From the NCBI GenBank assembly GCA_041749075.1, contig JBGTBY010000031.1:20342-84341 (forward strand): 64,000 bases of DNA. The letters are read 5' to 3'. A model generated the notes under the pieces. The model was given only the letters and a program-made list of their open reading frames with translations, was not told the origin of the DNA and did no database searches. The translations under genes and the position numbers were made by a program. Numbering within the stretch: the first letter of the stretch is position 1; every line of letters begins with the position of its first letter. Source of the DNA: Balneolales bacterium. Lineage in GTDB: Bacteria > Bacteroidota > Rhodothermia > Balneolales > HLUCCA01. Shown here piece after piece: positions 20,144-30,216 of the stretch.

Positions 20144-20470
20144 ATGATCAACGAAATCAATGTCAACGACCTGAAAGAACGCCTCGATAACGGCGAAAAG
20201 ATTTTCATCCTAGATGTGCGTGAACCGCATGAGAATGAGGCGGCCTCGATTCCCGGCACCACACTCATCCCGCTTGGAACATTACCCGATCGAATCGGCG
20301 AATTGTCACAATACAAAGATGTGGAATTTGTGGTTCATTGCCGAAGTGGTGCTCGTAGCGCACGTGCGTGCCAATTCCTGATGGAGAACGGCTTTAAACA
20401 GCCGGTGAACTTGGAAGGTGGAATCATGGCGTGGGCCCGATTCATCGACCCCAGCCTGACAGTAATCTAA
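20144..20470 (+). CDS. Rhodanese-like sulfurtransferase domain protein
   Basis: 108 aa; active-site loop HCRSGARSARA. Confidence 0.85.
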   Translation: MINEINVNDLKERLDNGEKIFILDVREPHENEAASIPGTTLIPLGTLPDRIGELSQYKDVEFVVHCRSGARSARACQFLMENGFKQPVNLEGGIMAWARFIDPSLTVI

Positions 20471-21687
20471 GCGATCGCGCCGATCTGATTGAGCAGTTCG
20501 TCGTTGCTCTTGGTGCGCTTGAGCACCTGGAGCAGACTGCTCATGGATTCTTTGGGTGATTTGCGAAGCAGATACCGGCGAACCATGTTCCGTTCCTCAA
20601 TCGCGTCTTCGATGAACTTGTGCTCGTTACGAGTGCCGGACGCGGCGATGTTGATGGCAGGAAATACGCGGTCGTTCGCCAATTCGCGATCCAAGACCAG
20701 CTCCATGTTTCCGGTTCCTTTGAACTCCTCGAAAATGAGGTCGTCCATACGGGAATTCGTTTCGATGAGGGCTGTAGCGATGATCGTGAGCGATCCACCG
20801 CCTTCGATTTTCCGAGCAGAACCGAATATTTTCTTGGGGATTTCAAGAGCGCGGATGTCGAGACCGCCAGACATCGTGCGTCCGCCTCCGGTCTGAGCGG
20901 CGTTGTACGCACGTCCCATCCGCGTCAGCGAATCAATCAATAAGACGCAATCTTCGCCCATTTCCGCTAGGCGTTTCATGTAGCCGATGGCCAGCTCCGA
21001 CACACGGGTATGGTTTTGAGTTGTTTTATCGTTTGATGACGCGAAGACTTTTCCTTTCGTCGTGCGCATGAAATCGGTCACTTCCTCGGGACGTTCATCC
21101 ACCAAAAGCACACCCAGATGGATATCCGGATAATGCTCATCGATCGCGTGTGCGATTTTCTTGAGGATCACCGTCTTTCCGGTACGAGGCGGAGCCACAA
21201 TCAAAGCCCGTTGTCCACGACCAACTGGAGAGATGAGATCCATCACGCGAAGCTCGACATCTTCCGGTTTGAAGGCCAGTTGAAGGTATTCGATCGGCAT
21301 GATGGGGGTTTGCAATTCGAAGCGCCGAGCCTTGGCCCATCGTTCAAACGGACCGACATTTAGCATGTCGACCGTTGTGACGTGTAGGTTGCCTTTCTGA
21401 TCCCGTTCCATCTCGCCCGACACATACAAGCCGGTCTTTAGATTCATGAACCGGACTTGGTCAGGAAACAAGAAGGGGTCGTTCAGGGTCTTGGTGAATT
21501 CGTGATCGAACTTCCGGATGAAGCCGTAGCCCTTTTCATTCACTTCAATCACACCTGAGTACTCACCCGCAGGTTGAATCACGCCATTCGCAACGAACTC
21601 GGGAATAAAGACCTGTTTGCCTGAGGGGCCGCCAGGTCCTTTTTTCTTATTCTTATTAAATGGGCGTTTTCTGCGGTCGTTTCTCAT
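20467..21687 (-). CDS. rho: Transcription termination factor Rho
   Basis: CSD-like GVIEVNEKGYGFIR, Walker A APPRTGKT, LLVDERPEEVT, LLIDSLTR, TALIETNSRMDD. Confidence 0.92.
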   Translation of the reverse strand: MRNDRRKRPFNKNKKKGPGGPSGKQVFIPEFVANGVIQPAGEYSGVIEVNEKGYGFIRKFDHEFTKTLNDPFLFPDQVRFMNLKTGLYVSGEMERDQKGNLHVTTVDMLNVGPFERWAKARRFELQTPIMPIEYLQLAFKPEDVELRVMDLISPVGRGQRALIVAPPRTGKTVILKKIAHAIDEHYPDIHLGVLLVDERPEEVTDFMRTTKGKVFASSNDKTTQNHTRVSELAIGYMKRLAEMGEDCVLLIDSLTRMGRAYNAAQTGGGRTMSGGLDIRALEIPKKIFGSARKIEGGGSLTIIATALIETNSRMDDLIFEEFKGTGNMELVLDRELANDRVFPAINIAASGTRNEHKFIEDAIEERNMVRRYLLRKSPKESMSSLLQVLKRTKSNDELLNQIGAIA

Positions 21688-21693
21688 GTGGGA

Positions 21694-23046
21694 TTATCTC
21701 ACGCGGGTCGATTCGTTGATCCAAGCGTAACATTCGCGGAGGGAACCGTTCACCTGCAGGCGATCGCCAACAGTCCAGTTCTGGTAGAATTTTTCTTCGA
21801 CAGAAGGGGCCGAACGCTCATACTGAGGATAGGACCGCTCCACGGCATTCCGGACAGATGCATCTGCCCGTGCTTTGTCAAGATAATCGAGAATCAACCA
21901 ATACACCACTTTGTCGAGGCGGGTTAATTGTCCACCCGCACAATCGGTTACGGCTTGAGCATAGATCTGGGCAATAGCCAGATTCGGCTCGCCCCAAGCT
22001 GGGTCGTAAGATGAAGCACGGCGAGCATATTCGCGTGCACGTTGCAGGTTGTCGAGGTTGCGGAACAAGTTCGCCAAATCCAAAGCCACGATTTTGAGTT
22101 CGGTAGGGTCTTGCGATTTGCCCAAAGCCTCCTCCATGTATTTGATGCCGAGACGGTAATCTGCGTTCGAAGACGCCATCACGCCCATGCGACGGGTGTT
22201 GGCATAGTTCGCATCCGCTTTGTACAATTCTTCAGCGAATTTCTGTGAGTTCACTCGGTCTCCGGTTCTCACATACAGGTCGTACAGTTGACCCATGATG
22301 TCGATAGGGCACACGCCATTTGGGCACTGGGTAAGCAGGAACGCGATACGATCTTCCGGATTGCGGAACAGACGGTCACGGATGCCATTGAACGCGTCGA
22401 CCGTTGCGGCATCCGCATGAGGTTGCGCCGCTTCCATGAACGCGATCACCTCATCGTTTCGGCTCTCTGTTACCATGAAATTGGCAAGGAACTGGGCATA
22501 AAATCCATCCGCATCCGTAACAAGGCGCTTAGGATCTTTGCCGTACAGAATCATGTACTGGTCGAAGGCCAACTTCTGGTTGTTCGCAATATCGGAGTTG
22601 CCCAACAGAAAACGTCCGTACTCATATCTCCAGCGGAATTCATCGATTTCCTCAGGCGTGAAGATGGTCAAGACACGATCGTACAAGGTTTTTGCAGAAT
22701 CCAAATAGGTTGATTTGAGAATCGGATCGGCCGGGATCTTCGACATTTCAGCGTAGACGTTGATCATGCGGTCGAAATTCCGATCGCCACGGACTTCCTG
22801 TCTACCAATGGTCAATGATTTCGGATGAGCGATGATCAGCCAGCGACCATACATCAGAAGAAGTTCAAAATCTTCCAACGTGCGGTTCGGATTCGGACGC
22901 ATCACATTGGTGTATTCACTTTGGAAGATGCCATACACCTCAGGTGCGGCAAGTCCATATGGCGCAGGAGGAGTTGGCGTGGTTTGTGCTTGCACATGAT
23001 GAGCCCCGAATGCGACAAATGAGAGGATAAGCAGGAGTGATTTCAT
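21694..23046 (-). CDS. Secreted helical-repeat (TPR-like?) protein, function unknown
   Basis: Signal peptide MKSLLLILSFVAFGAHHVQAQ. 450 aa, no catalytic motif recognised. Tightly packed between the barrel-like gene and rho. Confidence 0.65.
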   Translation of the reverse strand: MKSLLLILSFVAFGAHHVQAQTTPTPPAPYGLAAPEVYGIFQSEYTNVMRPNPNRTLEDFELLLMYGRWLIIAHPKSLTIGRQEVRGDRNFDRMINVYAEMSKIPADPILKSTYLDSAKTLYDRVLTIFTPEEIDEFRWRYEYGRFLLGNSDIANNQKLAFDQYMILYGKDPKRLVTDADGFYAQFLANFMVTESRNDEVIAFMEAAQPHADAATVDAFNGIRDRLFRNPEDRIAFLLTQCPNGVCPIDIMGQLYDLYVRTGDRVNSQKFAEELYKADANYANTRRMGVMASSNADYRLGIKYMEEALGKSQDPTELKIVALDLANLFRNLDNLQRAREYARRASSYDPAWGEPNLAIAQIYAQAVTDCAGGQLTRLDKVVYWLILDYLDKARADASVRNAVERSYPQYERSAPSVEEKFYQNWTVGDRLQVNGSLRECYAWINESTRVR

Positions 23047-23068
23047 TGTAATGACCTTCTGTGACAGA

Positions 23069-24343
23069 TTAATCGATCTTCCTTTGGAGGAACATCAGTT
23101 CTGATAGATTGAACGATACCCTAAATGTGAATATTTGCTCTCTAACCAAATCATGCGATGTGGTGCCTCGCAGTCCGTAATCGACACTCAAGTCGATACT
23201 GGAACCGGCTGCCCGTGATGGAATCCCTAGACCCGCGCTAAAAACCAACGTCGAAATAGATGTGTCGGAAAACTGCAGATGACCGGTATCGTAAGAAACG
23301 CCACCACGATATAAGAATCGGTTGAAGAACGTGTTGTCGGAACGACCGTCGGGAATATACTGAATCCCACCGCCGATTTTGGATCTTGATTTCATATGAT
23401 CCGGTGTGATACCGTCATAATCTGTGTAAGAGCCCCAATCTTGAACCATCCATTCAATGGTTCCCAACCAAGACCGATTGGTGTTGTAAGCGACACCTAA
23501 GACAAACTCGGCGGGTAGTTGATTGTCGCCGCGGGCAAATTTGGTGTCTTCGATTTGTGTGGTTCCATTAATAGTTTGACGGTCACGCTCCAATAAGTCC
23601 GAGTTCAGATCTACAGGCAAACTATATGTGGCTCCGATATGCAATCCATCGTTGGTAGAAAGCAACTTCGAAAAGGTGCTGAACACACCGAATTTGTTGC
23701 CGAATCCGATATTGCTCAAAATGCGTTGGCGATCCAGGTTCTGATAACCGATCACTTGGAATTCAATGGACTCATTGTTGCGCAAGGTGCCAAACACGAG
23801 GGATGGGGAATATCCTATAGACAGCCAATCGGTAACGGCAACACCCATACCGAACTCCATCCGGTTGAGTCCGCCCGTTCCGGTTAGAGTCGACATATAA
23901 CGTAAGGTGTCGGTTCCTGCTGCCGTTTCGATCAGATTGCTCGACCGATAACTGTTTTCTGTGATCGGAAGCATGCCGAAGCTAAAACCGACTTTCTCGC
24001 GCACAATAGGAAATGTGATTTGCAAGGCAAGGGCATCGGCTTGGCTGTTCGACGATGTGCCGGTTCTGTCGGTCGCATTCAGATTGCGATACCCGAATCC
24101 ACCACCTGCTGTTGTGAAATACGCACTGCTGTATAATGCCGGATTAGCGAAACTGGTACCGATGCGGTTCGTGAGCGCGACTCCGGTCACTCCCATCGAA
24201 CTTCCGAATGAGGACCGGTAGTCCATCGGCATCCCCAATCCGAGATACGAATACATCGACGTTCCTTGCAATTCGCTGCTCTGCGCATACAAGCCGGATG
24301 TGGCAGTCAAGACCAACCCAAGGGTGAGTAAAATTGTTCTCAT
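23069..24343 (-). CDS. Probable outer-membrane beta-barrel protein, function unknown
   Basis: Signal peptide ...SGLYAQ. Gly/Ser/Thr/Tyr-rich alternating pattern typical of barrels. 1-nt gap from the upstream lipoprotein gene. Confidence 0.65.
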   Translation of the reverse strand: MRTILLTLGLVLTATSGLYAQSSELQGTSMYSYLGLGMPMDYRSSFGSSMGVTGVALTNRIGTSFANPALYSSAYFTTAGGGFGYRNLNATDRTGTSSNSQADALALQITFPIVREKVGFSFGMLPITENSYRSSNLIETAAGTDTLRYMSTLTGTGGLNRMEFGMGVAVTDWLSIGYSPSLVFGTLRNNESIEFQVIGYQNLDRQRILSNIGFGNKFGVFSTFSKLLSTNDGLHIGATYSLPVDLNSDLLERDRQTINGTTQIEDTKFARGDNQLPAEFVLGVAYNTNRSWLGTIEWMVQDWGSYTDYDGITPDHMKSRSKIGGGIQYIPDGRSDNTFFNRFLYRGGVSYDTGHLQFSDTSISTLVFSAGLGIPSRAAGSSIDLSVDYGLRGTTSHDLVREQIFTFRVSFNLSELMFLQRKID

Positions 24344-24344
24344 A

Positions 24345-25544
24345 TCAATTTTCCTCGGACGGATTGGTGAATGTGGTCGTGATCAGAACCGGTTTGCGGT
24401 CGGCAGAAAGATGGTTGAAGAACAATTTCGGGCTAACCGCGCCATTGAATCGGTTGGCAAGGAAATACAAATCCCCAAGATTCTGATCTGTGGTGATCAC
24501 GCTGTTGTAATAGGTAGTCATGTTGCTGCGGAAGGTGCCGGCATCCGAGCGGTTGACAAACAGGTTCGGGTTGTTGAATATGGCGAAATTCGTCTCATAG
24601 TCTTCCAATATGTAGATTGGAATCTGCGCCGGATCGAACCAGGCATGACCCATAGGCAATTGCGATTGCATGGTGAGGGTGTCCACATACATCACCAATT
24701 CCACTCGGGAAGGGAACCGCGCTCCGATGAAATCTTCCGAAAAGGGGATGTCCAGTATTCCGACGGTATTGAAATTGTTTTCCACGATGGTTACGTCGTT
24801 TGGAAGCACCATGGCGGATGGGGTACGTTGCAGGCTGTTGGCCGTCTGACGGAATGTGATCGCGCGTCGTGTCAACGTTGTATCATTTTGCTGCACGAAA
24901 ATGGCAGAAGTGAGCGCATCGATGGCGATGATCTTATCGGTGTTCACACCACGCACGGCAAACCCATAGATCGTGTTCAAAAAGGTGGAATCGCGGGACG
25001 AACTGCTGTCATTCTTGCGTTCCAAATACCGATTGTACCATCCGGCTGGCAAATTGAATTTCACGGAATCTTCATTCGTGACGGTGAACGTGTGAAGAAC
25101 GGCCAGATCGGTGAGGGGAAGGGAATCGAGCGTCCAAGATTGTGCTCTCCAACGACGTGTGATCTCAAGCAGTTCATATGTGCTGGTGGATGTGGTGTCG
25201 CCAGTGATCCCATCGATGAACAACGTCATCACGAAGGTCGCATTCGCACCGATCGAGTCGTTTCGGGAGATCAGCGTGGGCTGCATCAATCCGACGGCTT
25301 CATATCGTCCAAACAGGGCATGATCGTAGATTCCAGCCGATACAAACGACTGGTTTCCTGAATAGGCCTTCAGTTGGGTGGTTGAAATGCTGGGCACCGG
25401 AATGGTGTCGCGTTTCAGTTGTGGGTATTCCGGGCCGAAGGATCGGCCGACGGAACCGGGGTTCTCACAATTCTGCAAGACCAGCAAGGAGCCAGTGATG
25501 ATGAGAAGAATTGAGAAGCGGGAGAAGCGGGATGAAGAAGCCAA
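24345..25544 (-). CDS. Lipoprotein, tentatively DUF4270-like
   Basis: Lipobox-like LLVLQNC. Sits directly downstream of a half-size glycogen synthase gene, a synteny I recall from Bacteroidota. Family assignment not verifiable here. Confidence 0.6.
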   Translation of the reverse strand: MASSSRFSRFSILLIITGSLLVLQNCENPGSVGRSFGPEYPQLKRDTIPVPSISTTQLKAYSGNQSFVSAGIYDHALFGRYEAVGLMQPTLISRNDSIGANATFVMTLFIDGITGDTTSTSTYELLEITRRWRAQSWTLDSLPLTDLAVLHTFTVTNEDSVKFNLPAGWYNRYLERKNDSSSSRDSTFLNTIYGFAVRGVNTDKIIAIDALTSAIFVQQNDTTLTRRAITFRQTANSLQRTPSAMVLPNDVTIVENNFNTVGILDIPFSEDFIGARFPSRVELVMYVDTLTMQSQLPMGHAWFDPAQIPIYILEDYETNFAIFNNPNLFVNRSDAGTFRSNMTTYYNSVITTDQNLGDLYFLANRFNGAVSPKLFFNHLSADRKPVLITTTFTNPSEEN

Positions 25545-25563
25545 GCGTATTCGGGATAATCAG

Positions 25564-26364
25564 TCAAAGAGCCGCAATTCTGCGATAGTATTCGGCGAAT
25601 TTTGTGGACACATCGGTAGGAGCGCCCTGGATTTTTTCGAGCGGATAAGTGAGGTCGGGATAGAGGTTTTCAGGCTCTCCGGGTTTGATATCGTTTCCCG
25701 TCACCACATAATCCGCATAGGCCAAACCGGCACGTAGCGGATCCACTCTGCCATCGGTCTCGATCGTGCTGCGATCGAAATCGTCCGGTAGATCCAAGTA
25801 CCGATAAATCTCTTGGTCGAACGTTCCAGGGTTGTACATGCTGTGAAGATTGAAAACGACCTTTGTGTTGGCGAAATTGCTCTCGTTCTTGTACGTCGTT
25901 TTCACGAGCATGGGCACCAATCCACCGGCCCAATCGTGGCAATGGATGATGTCGGGCATCCATCCAAGACGCTTCACCGTCTCCAAGATGCCTTTGTTGT
26001 AAAAGGCAAGGCGGGCGTCATTGTCAGCATAAAAGGCATTTGTTTTAGGATCGTGAAACAGAGCCTTGCGCTTGTAATAGGTGTCGTTGTCCAAAAAGTA
26101 CACCTGAAGCTTCGCGTTGGGGATGCTGGCGACCTTGATCTTCAGCGACTCCACGGTTCCTTCCATGTTCACTTCGATACCAGCCAAACGGATCACTTCG
26201 TGCAAGCGGTTGCGGCGATCGTTGATCGAACCGTATTTGGGTAGCAAGATCCGGATTTCAAATCCTTTGTCTTGCAAGGATGCTGGCAAAAACCGCAGAA
26301 GGTCTGCGGTATTGGTCATCTTTGCAAATGGGGAAATTTCGGCTGCAGCGTAAAGTATTTTCAT
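25564..26364 (-). CDS. Short glycogen/starch synthase-like protein (GT5 N-terminal half only)
   Basis: MKILYAAAEISPFAKMTNTADLLRFLPASLQDKGFEIRILLPKYG matches GlgA N-termini. It is only 266 aa; the C-terminal Rossmann half is absent. Confidence 0.8.
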   Translation of the reverse strand: MKILYAAAEISPFAKMTNTADLLRFLPASLQDKGFEIRILLPKYGSINDRRNRLHEVIRLAGIEVNMEGTVESLKIKVASIPNAKLQVYFLDNDTYYKRKALFHDPKTNAFYADNDARLAFYNKGILETVKRLGWMPDIIHCHDWAGGLVPMLVKTTYKNESNFANTKVVFNLHSMYNPGTFDQEIYRYLDLPDDFDRSTIETDGRVDPLRAGLAYADYVVTGNDIKPGEPENLYPDLTYPLEKIQGAPTDVSTKFAEYYRRIAAL

Positions 26365-26428
26365 GTCGACAAAGGGTTTTAACCTTTAAAAATAAGACTT
26401 TTCGCTGTTTTTTTTATTACCGAATCAC

Positions 26429-27976
26429 TCATGCCTCTTCAGCATGGATATTCACGAGGTTCGAATCGGTCATGTTCAACCGTGGATTTCGGTTGGAGAT
26501 GCCAACCAGATAGCGCAAATAGTCCCCATCCGCCTGATTGAGCATCTCAGGAGTGTATCGCCATAGCCAATTGTTGGAAGTGGTGCCCGGAAAATTCATC
26601 CGGTGTTCGGTTCCCAACCCCATCAGATCCTGCAATGGAAAGATGGCTTGGTCGGCCACACTCATCATTCCGGCACGGATCAGCTCCCAATGGATTGCAT
26701 TGCCATCGCTGCGTGTGTACTCGCGGGCGCGGTGACGCTCCGCATCCGGCGCAGACTCATACCAGCCAATCGTGGTGTCGTTGTCGTGGGTTCCGGTATA
26801 GACCACACAATTCGCTGTGGTATAGTTATGCGGGAGGAAAGCGTTCGCCTGATTGTCGGTGAAGGAAAATTGAAGAATTTTCATGCCCGGAAAGTGGAAG
26901 GAGTCGCGCAGATCCACTACGGATGGTGTGATCACGCCCAAATCTTCAGCGATGATGGGCACGTCGCCCAGTTGGGTACGGATCGTCTCGAACAAGTCTT
27001 TCCCCGGACCTTTCACCCAGCGGCCGTATTCAGCCGTTTTGGCGCTCGCATCCACTTCCCAATAGGCGTCGAATCCACGGAAATGATCCACACGGATCAG
27101 ATCGAACATCCGGAACATCTGTTTGAAGCGCTCCATCCACCAAGAATAGCCATCTTTGGCCATCACCTTCCATTTGTACAGCGGGTTTCCCCACAATTGA
27201 CCTGTAGCCGAGAAATAATCCGGCGGCACGCCCGCTACTTTGATGCGGTTTCCCTTGGCGTCGACTTCGAAATACTGCGGGTTCGACCACACGTCGCTGC
27301 TATTGTGATCCACGAAAATCGGAATATCGCCTACAACCCGGATGCCACGCTCGTTCGCATACGATTTGAGCGCCATCCATTGATTGAAGAACTCATACTG
27401 AAGGAAATAATGCAGATCGATTTCGTTTTTAAGGCGCTTACGAGCCTCGGTCATCGCTTTTGGTTTGCGCTGCGCAAGACCCGCATCCCACGTATTCCAA
27501 GATTGGCGTCCGTTTTCGATAGACAGCGCCATGAACAGCACATACTCATCAATCCAGTACGCGTTGTCTTTGCGGAAGGAATCGTATCCGACTTTGATGC
27601 CGGCATCATCGGACGCATGAAATCGTGCCGCGGCTTTTGCGAATAGGGCATCTTTGATGACAAATGCCGCATCATAATCGGCTTTGGTGCCGGATGGGAG
27701 CTTCGCAGCATCCGCTTCCGCCCGACTCAGCAATCCTTTTTGAACCAACACATCCGGACTGATCAAATAGGTATTTCCAGCAAATGCGGAATAACTCGCG
27801 TAGGGGGAATTGCCATATCCCGTCGGTCCCAATGGAAGAATCTGCCAAATCGATTGATGAGTGCTCTCAAGAAACTGGATGAATGTGTAGGCGGATGGTC
27901 CTAAATCACCGATTCCATATTGGGATGGAAAGGATGTGGGGTGGACTAGAACCCCACTGGAACGCTGGAAACGCAT
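26429..27976 (-). CDS. malQ: 4-alpha-glucanotransferase (GH77 amylomaltase)
   Basis: SGVLVHPTSFPSQYGIGDLG, RVDHFRGF, IIAEDLG, YTGTHDNDT. Confidence 0.92.
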   Translation of the reverse strand: MRFQRSSGVLVHPTSFPSQYGIGDLGPSAYTFIQFLESTHQSIWQILPLGPTGYGNSPYASYSAFAGNTYLISPDVLVQKGLLSRAEADAAKLPSGTKADYDAAFVIKDALFAKAAARFHASDDAGIKVGYDSFRKDNAYWIDEYVLFMALSIENGRQSWNTWDAGLAQRKPKAMTEARKRLKNEIDLHYFLQYEFFNQWMALKSYANERGIRVVGDIPIFVDHNSSDVWSNPQYFEVDAKGNRIKVAGVPPDYFSATGQLWGNPLYKWKVMAKDGYSWWMERFKQMFRMFDLIRVDHFRGFDAYWEVDASAKTAEYGRWVKGPGKDLFETIRTQLGDVPIIAEDLGVITPSVVDLRDSFHFPGMKILQFSFTDNQANAFLPHNYTTANCVVYTGTHDNDTTIGWYESAPDAERHRAREYTRSDGNAIHWELIRAGMMSVADQAIFPLQDLMGLGTEHRMNFPGTTSNNWLWRYTPEMLNQADGDYLRYLVGISNRNPRLNMTDSNLVNIHAEEA

Positions 27977-27980
27977 AATG

Positions 27981-30188
27981 TCAGGCTTTTTTAGGCTTCA
28001 GATAGATGGCACCGAGTGGAGGAACCGAAACTGAGACGTGAGCCGGAAATCCATGCCATTCTCCTGGATGCGCTTGCAAGGCAGGCAGTCCAACGTTGCT
28101 CCCTCCGTAATAATGCGAGTCGCTGTTGAAGATGATGTCATAGGTACCGGGCTCAGGAACACCGATCGTGTAGGCTTCCCTCACCACGGGGGTAAAGTTA
28201 AACAGACAAACGATGTAATCAGATGGATCTTCTGCAAATCGCACAAAACTGATGGTGCTATTTTCATAATCAGACGGATTGATCCATTTGAATCCTTTCC
28301 AATCGAAATCCACTTCATGCAAGGCTTTTTCGCGACCATAAAGACCGTTCAAATCTTTGACCAAACTGGTGATGCCCCGATGCGACTCGAAGTCCAATAG
28401 CGACCAATCCAATTCCTTCTGGCTGTTCCATTCGCTCCATTGACCGAACTCGCTTCCCATGAAGCCCAATTTCTTACCTGGATGCGCATACATGTAGCTA
28501 TACAAGAGCCTCAGGTTGGCGAATTTTTGCCACAGGTCGCCGGGCATCTTGTCGAGCATGGAGCGCTTGAGATGCACCACTTCATCATGTGAAAACGGAA
28601 GCACGAAATTCTCGCTAAACGCATAGATCATCGAAAACGTAAGCTGATTGTGATGATAGCGACGGAACAGCGGATCCACCTCGATGTATTTCAGGGTGTC
28701 GTTCATCCAACCCATGTTCCATTTGTAATCGAAGCCAAGTCCGCCCAAGTACGTCGGACGCGATACCATCGGCCAGCTCGTCGATTCTTCGGCCATCGTC
28801 ATCACACCCGTGAAACGGTCATGCACCACTTCATTGAACCGCTTGATGAATTGAATGGCTTCGAGGTTTTCGCGGCCACCATATTTATTTGGCACCCATT
28901 CACCTTCGTTGCGCGAGTAATCGAGATACAGCATGGATGCGACCGCATCCACACGCAATCCATCGATATGGAACCGATCGAGCCAATACACCGCGTTCGA
29001 GATGAGGAAGTTCATCACCTCACTGCGACCGAAGTTGAAAATGTTCGTGCCCCAATCTTTGTGCTCGCCTTGCCGCGGATCGGCATGCTCGTAAAAATGC
29101 GTTCCGTCGAAAAAGCGCAACCCGTGATCGTCTTTGGTGAAGTGGGCCGGCACCCAATCCACGATCACACCGATGCCGTTGCGATGGCATTCATCCACAA
29201 AAAACATGAAATCATCCGGTGTGCCGAAGCGGCTGGTTGGTGCGAAATAACCGGTCACCTGATAACCCCACGACGGATCGTATGGATGTTCGGCTACGGG
29301 CAGCAACTCGATGTGCGTGAACCCGAGTTCCTTCACATAACCGACCAATTGCTCCGCCGCGTCGCGATAGGTCAGGAATTGGCTTTTGTCCTCACCCTTC
29401 TTGCGCCACGATCCGAGGTGGATTTCATAAATGGAAACGGGTTCATTGAAGCGGGATGTGCGCTTTTTCATCCACTTTGCGTCTTTCCACTTGTATTGCT
29501 CGGTATTGTAGACGATGGATGCGGTGCCAGGACGCAATTCAGCGAATGTGGCGTACGGATCAGCTTTCGTCATCGGTAAGTTGCCGGTATGCGTGGCGAT
29601 CTCGAATTTATAGGCTGCACCTTGCGTCACGCCCGGCACGAAAATCTCCCATATCCCTTGGTTGAAATGACGGCGCATCACATGCACGCGCCCGTCCCAG
29701 CCATTGAACGCGCCTACGACGCTCACGCGCTTCGCTGCCGGAGCGCAAACCACGAAACGAGTTCCAGAAACCCCATCCAATTCCATCAGATGAGCACCCA
29801 TGAACGTATGGGCATCGTGATGATTGCCTTCACCCCATAGTTGAAGATCGAAATCGGTGATGGTGCTTCCGAATGAATAGGGGTCGGATTGAGACTTCAC
29901 ATCTCCCGAACCGGTCATAATCGAGTAGGTGTAAGGAAAGGCCTTTTTGAGGGATGGAATCACCGCTTCATACAATCCGGCATCGTGGATGCGGGTCATC
30001 TCGATGGTTTTATCTGTTCCGGAGTGGACGATGGCTACGGAGGTCACATATGGAATGAAAGTGCGGACCACCAAACCCGATTTCCCACCTTCCGAAAACG
30101 TGTGCATGCCGAGTACGGCGAACGGATTGTCGTGCAGACCTCGCACAATCGCATCTATTTGATCAGAATCTAAATGGAATGACTTCAT
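27981..30188 (-). CDS. glgB: 1,4-alpha-glucan branching enzyme
   Basis: GH13 motifs [38 protein letters not shown]; 735 aa. Confidence 0.95.
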   Translation of the reverse strand: MKSFHLDSDQIDAIVRGLHDNPFAVLGMHTFSEGGKSGLVVRTFIPYVTSVAIVHSGTDKTIEMTRIHDAGLYEAVIPSLKKAFPYTYSIMTGSGDVKSQSDPYSFGSTITDFDLQLWGEGNHHDAHTFMGAHLMELDGVSGTRFVVCAPAAKRVSVVGAFNGWDGRVHVMRRHFNQGIWEIFVPGVTQGAAYKFEIATHTGNLPMTKADPYATFAELRPGTASIVYNTEQYKWKDAKWMKKRTSRFNEPVSIYEIHLGSWRKKGEDKSQFLTYRDAAEQLVGYVKELGFTHIELLPVAEHPYDPSWGYQVTGYFAPTSRFGTPDDFMFFVDECHRNGIGVIVDWVPAHFTKDDHGLRFFDGTHFYEHADPRQGEHKDWGTNIFNFGRSEVMNFLISNAVYWLDRFHIDGLRVDAVASMLYLDYSRNEGEWVPNKYGGRENLEAIQFIKRFNEVVHDRFTGVMTMAEESTSWPMVSRPTYLGGLGFDYKWNMGWMNDTLKYIEVDPLFRRYHHNQLTFSMIYAFSENFVLPFSHDEVVHLKRSMLDKMPGDLWQKFANLRLLYSYMYAHPGKKLGFMGSEFGQWSEWNSQKELDWSLLDFESHRGITSLVKDLNGLYGREKALHEVDFDWKGFKWINPSDYENSTISFVRFAEDPSDYIVCLFNFTPVVREAYTIGVPEPGTYDIIFNSDSHYYGGSNVGLPALQAHPGEWHGFPAHVSVSVPPLGAIYLKPKKA

Positions 30189-30204
30189 AACCTAGCGAAT
30201 ATAG

Positions 30205-30212
30205 TATTTTTG
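30205..30212 (+). promoter_or_regulatory. Candidate TAnnTTTG -7 box immediately upstream of the LolC/E-like gene
   Basis: TATTTTTG ends 5 nt before the GTG start at 30217, which would imply a leaderless or very short-leader mRNA. Confidence 0.25.
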
Positions 30213-30216
30213 GCAG

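Noticed and set aside
24300-25361. Long antisense ORFs opposite strongly supported genes. Examples: 24300..25361 (+, 353 aa), 26603..27646 (+, 347 aa), 28650..29579 (+, 309 aa), 15053..16021 (-, 322 aa), 9991..10899 (-, 302 aa), 50770..51750 (-, 326 aa), 5885..6670 (-, 261 aa), 32000..32716 (+, 238 aa), 40769..41452 (+, 227 aa).
   Set aside because: Each lies entirely inside a gene with clear catalytic motifs on the other strand. They have Arg/His/Gly-rich, low-complexity composition typical of shadow frames, and they lack any recognisable motif.
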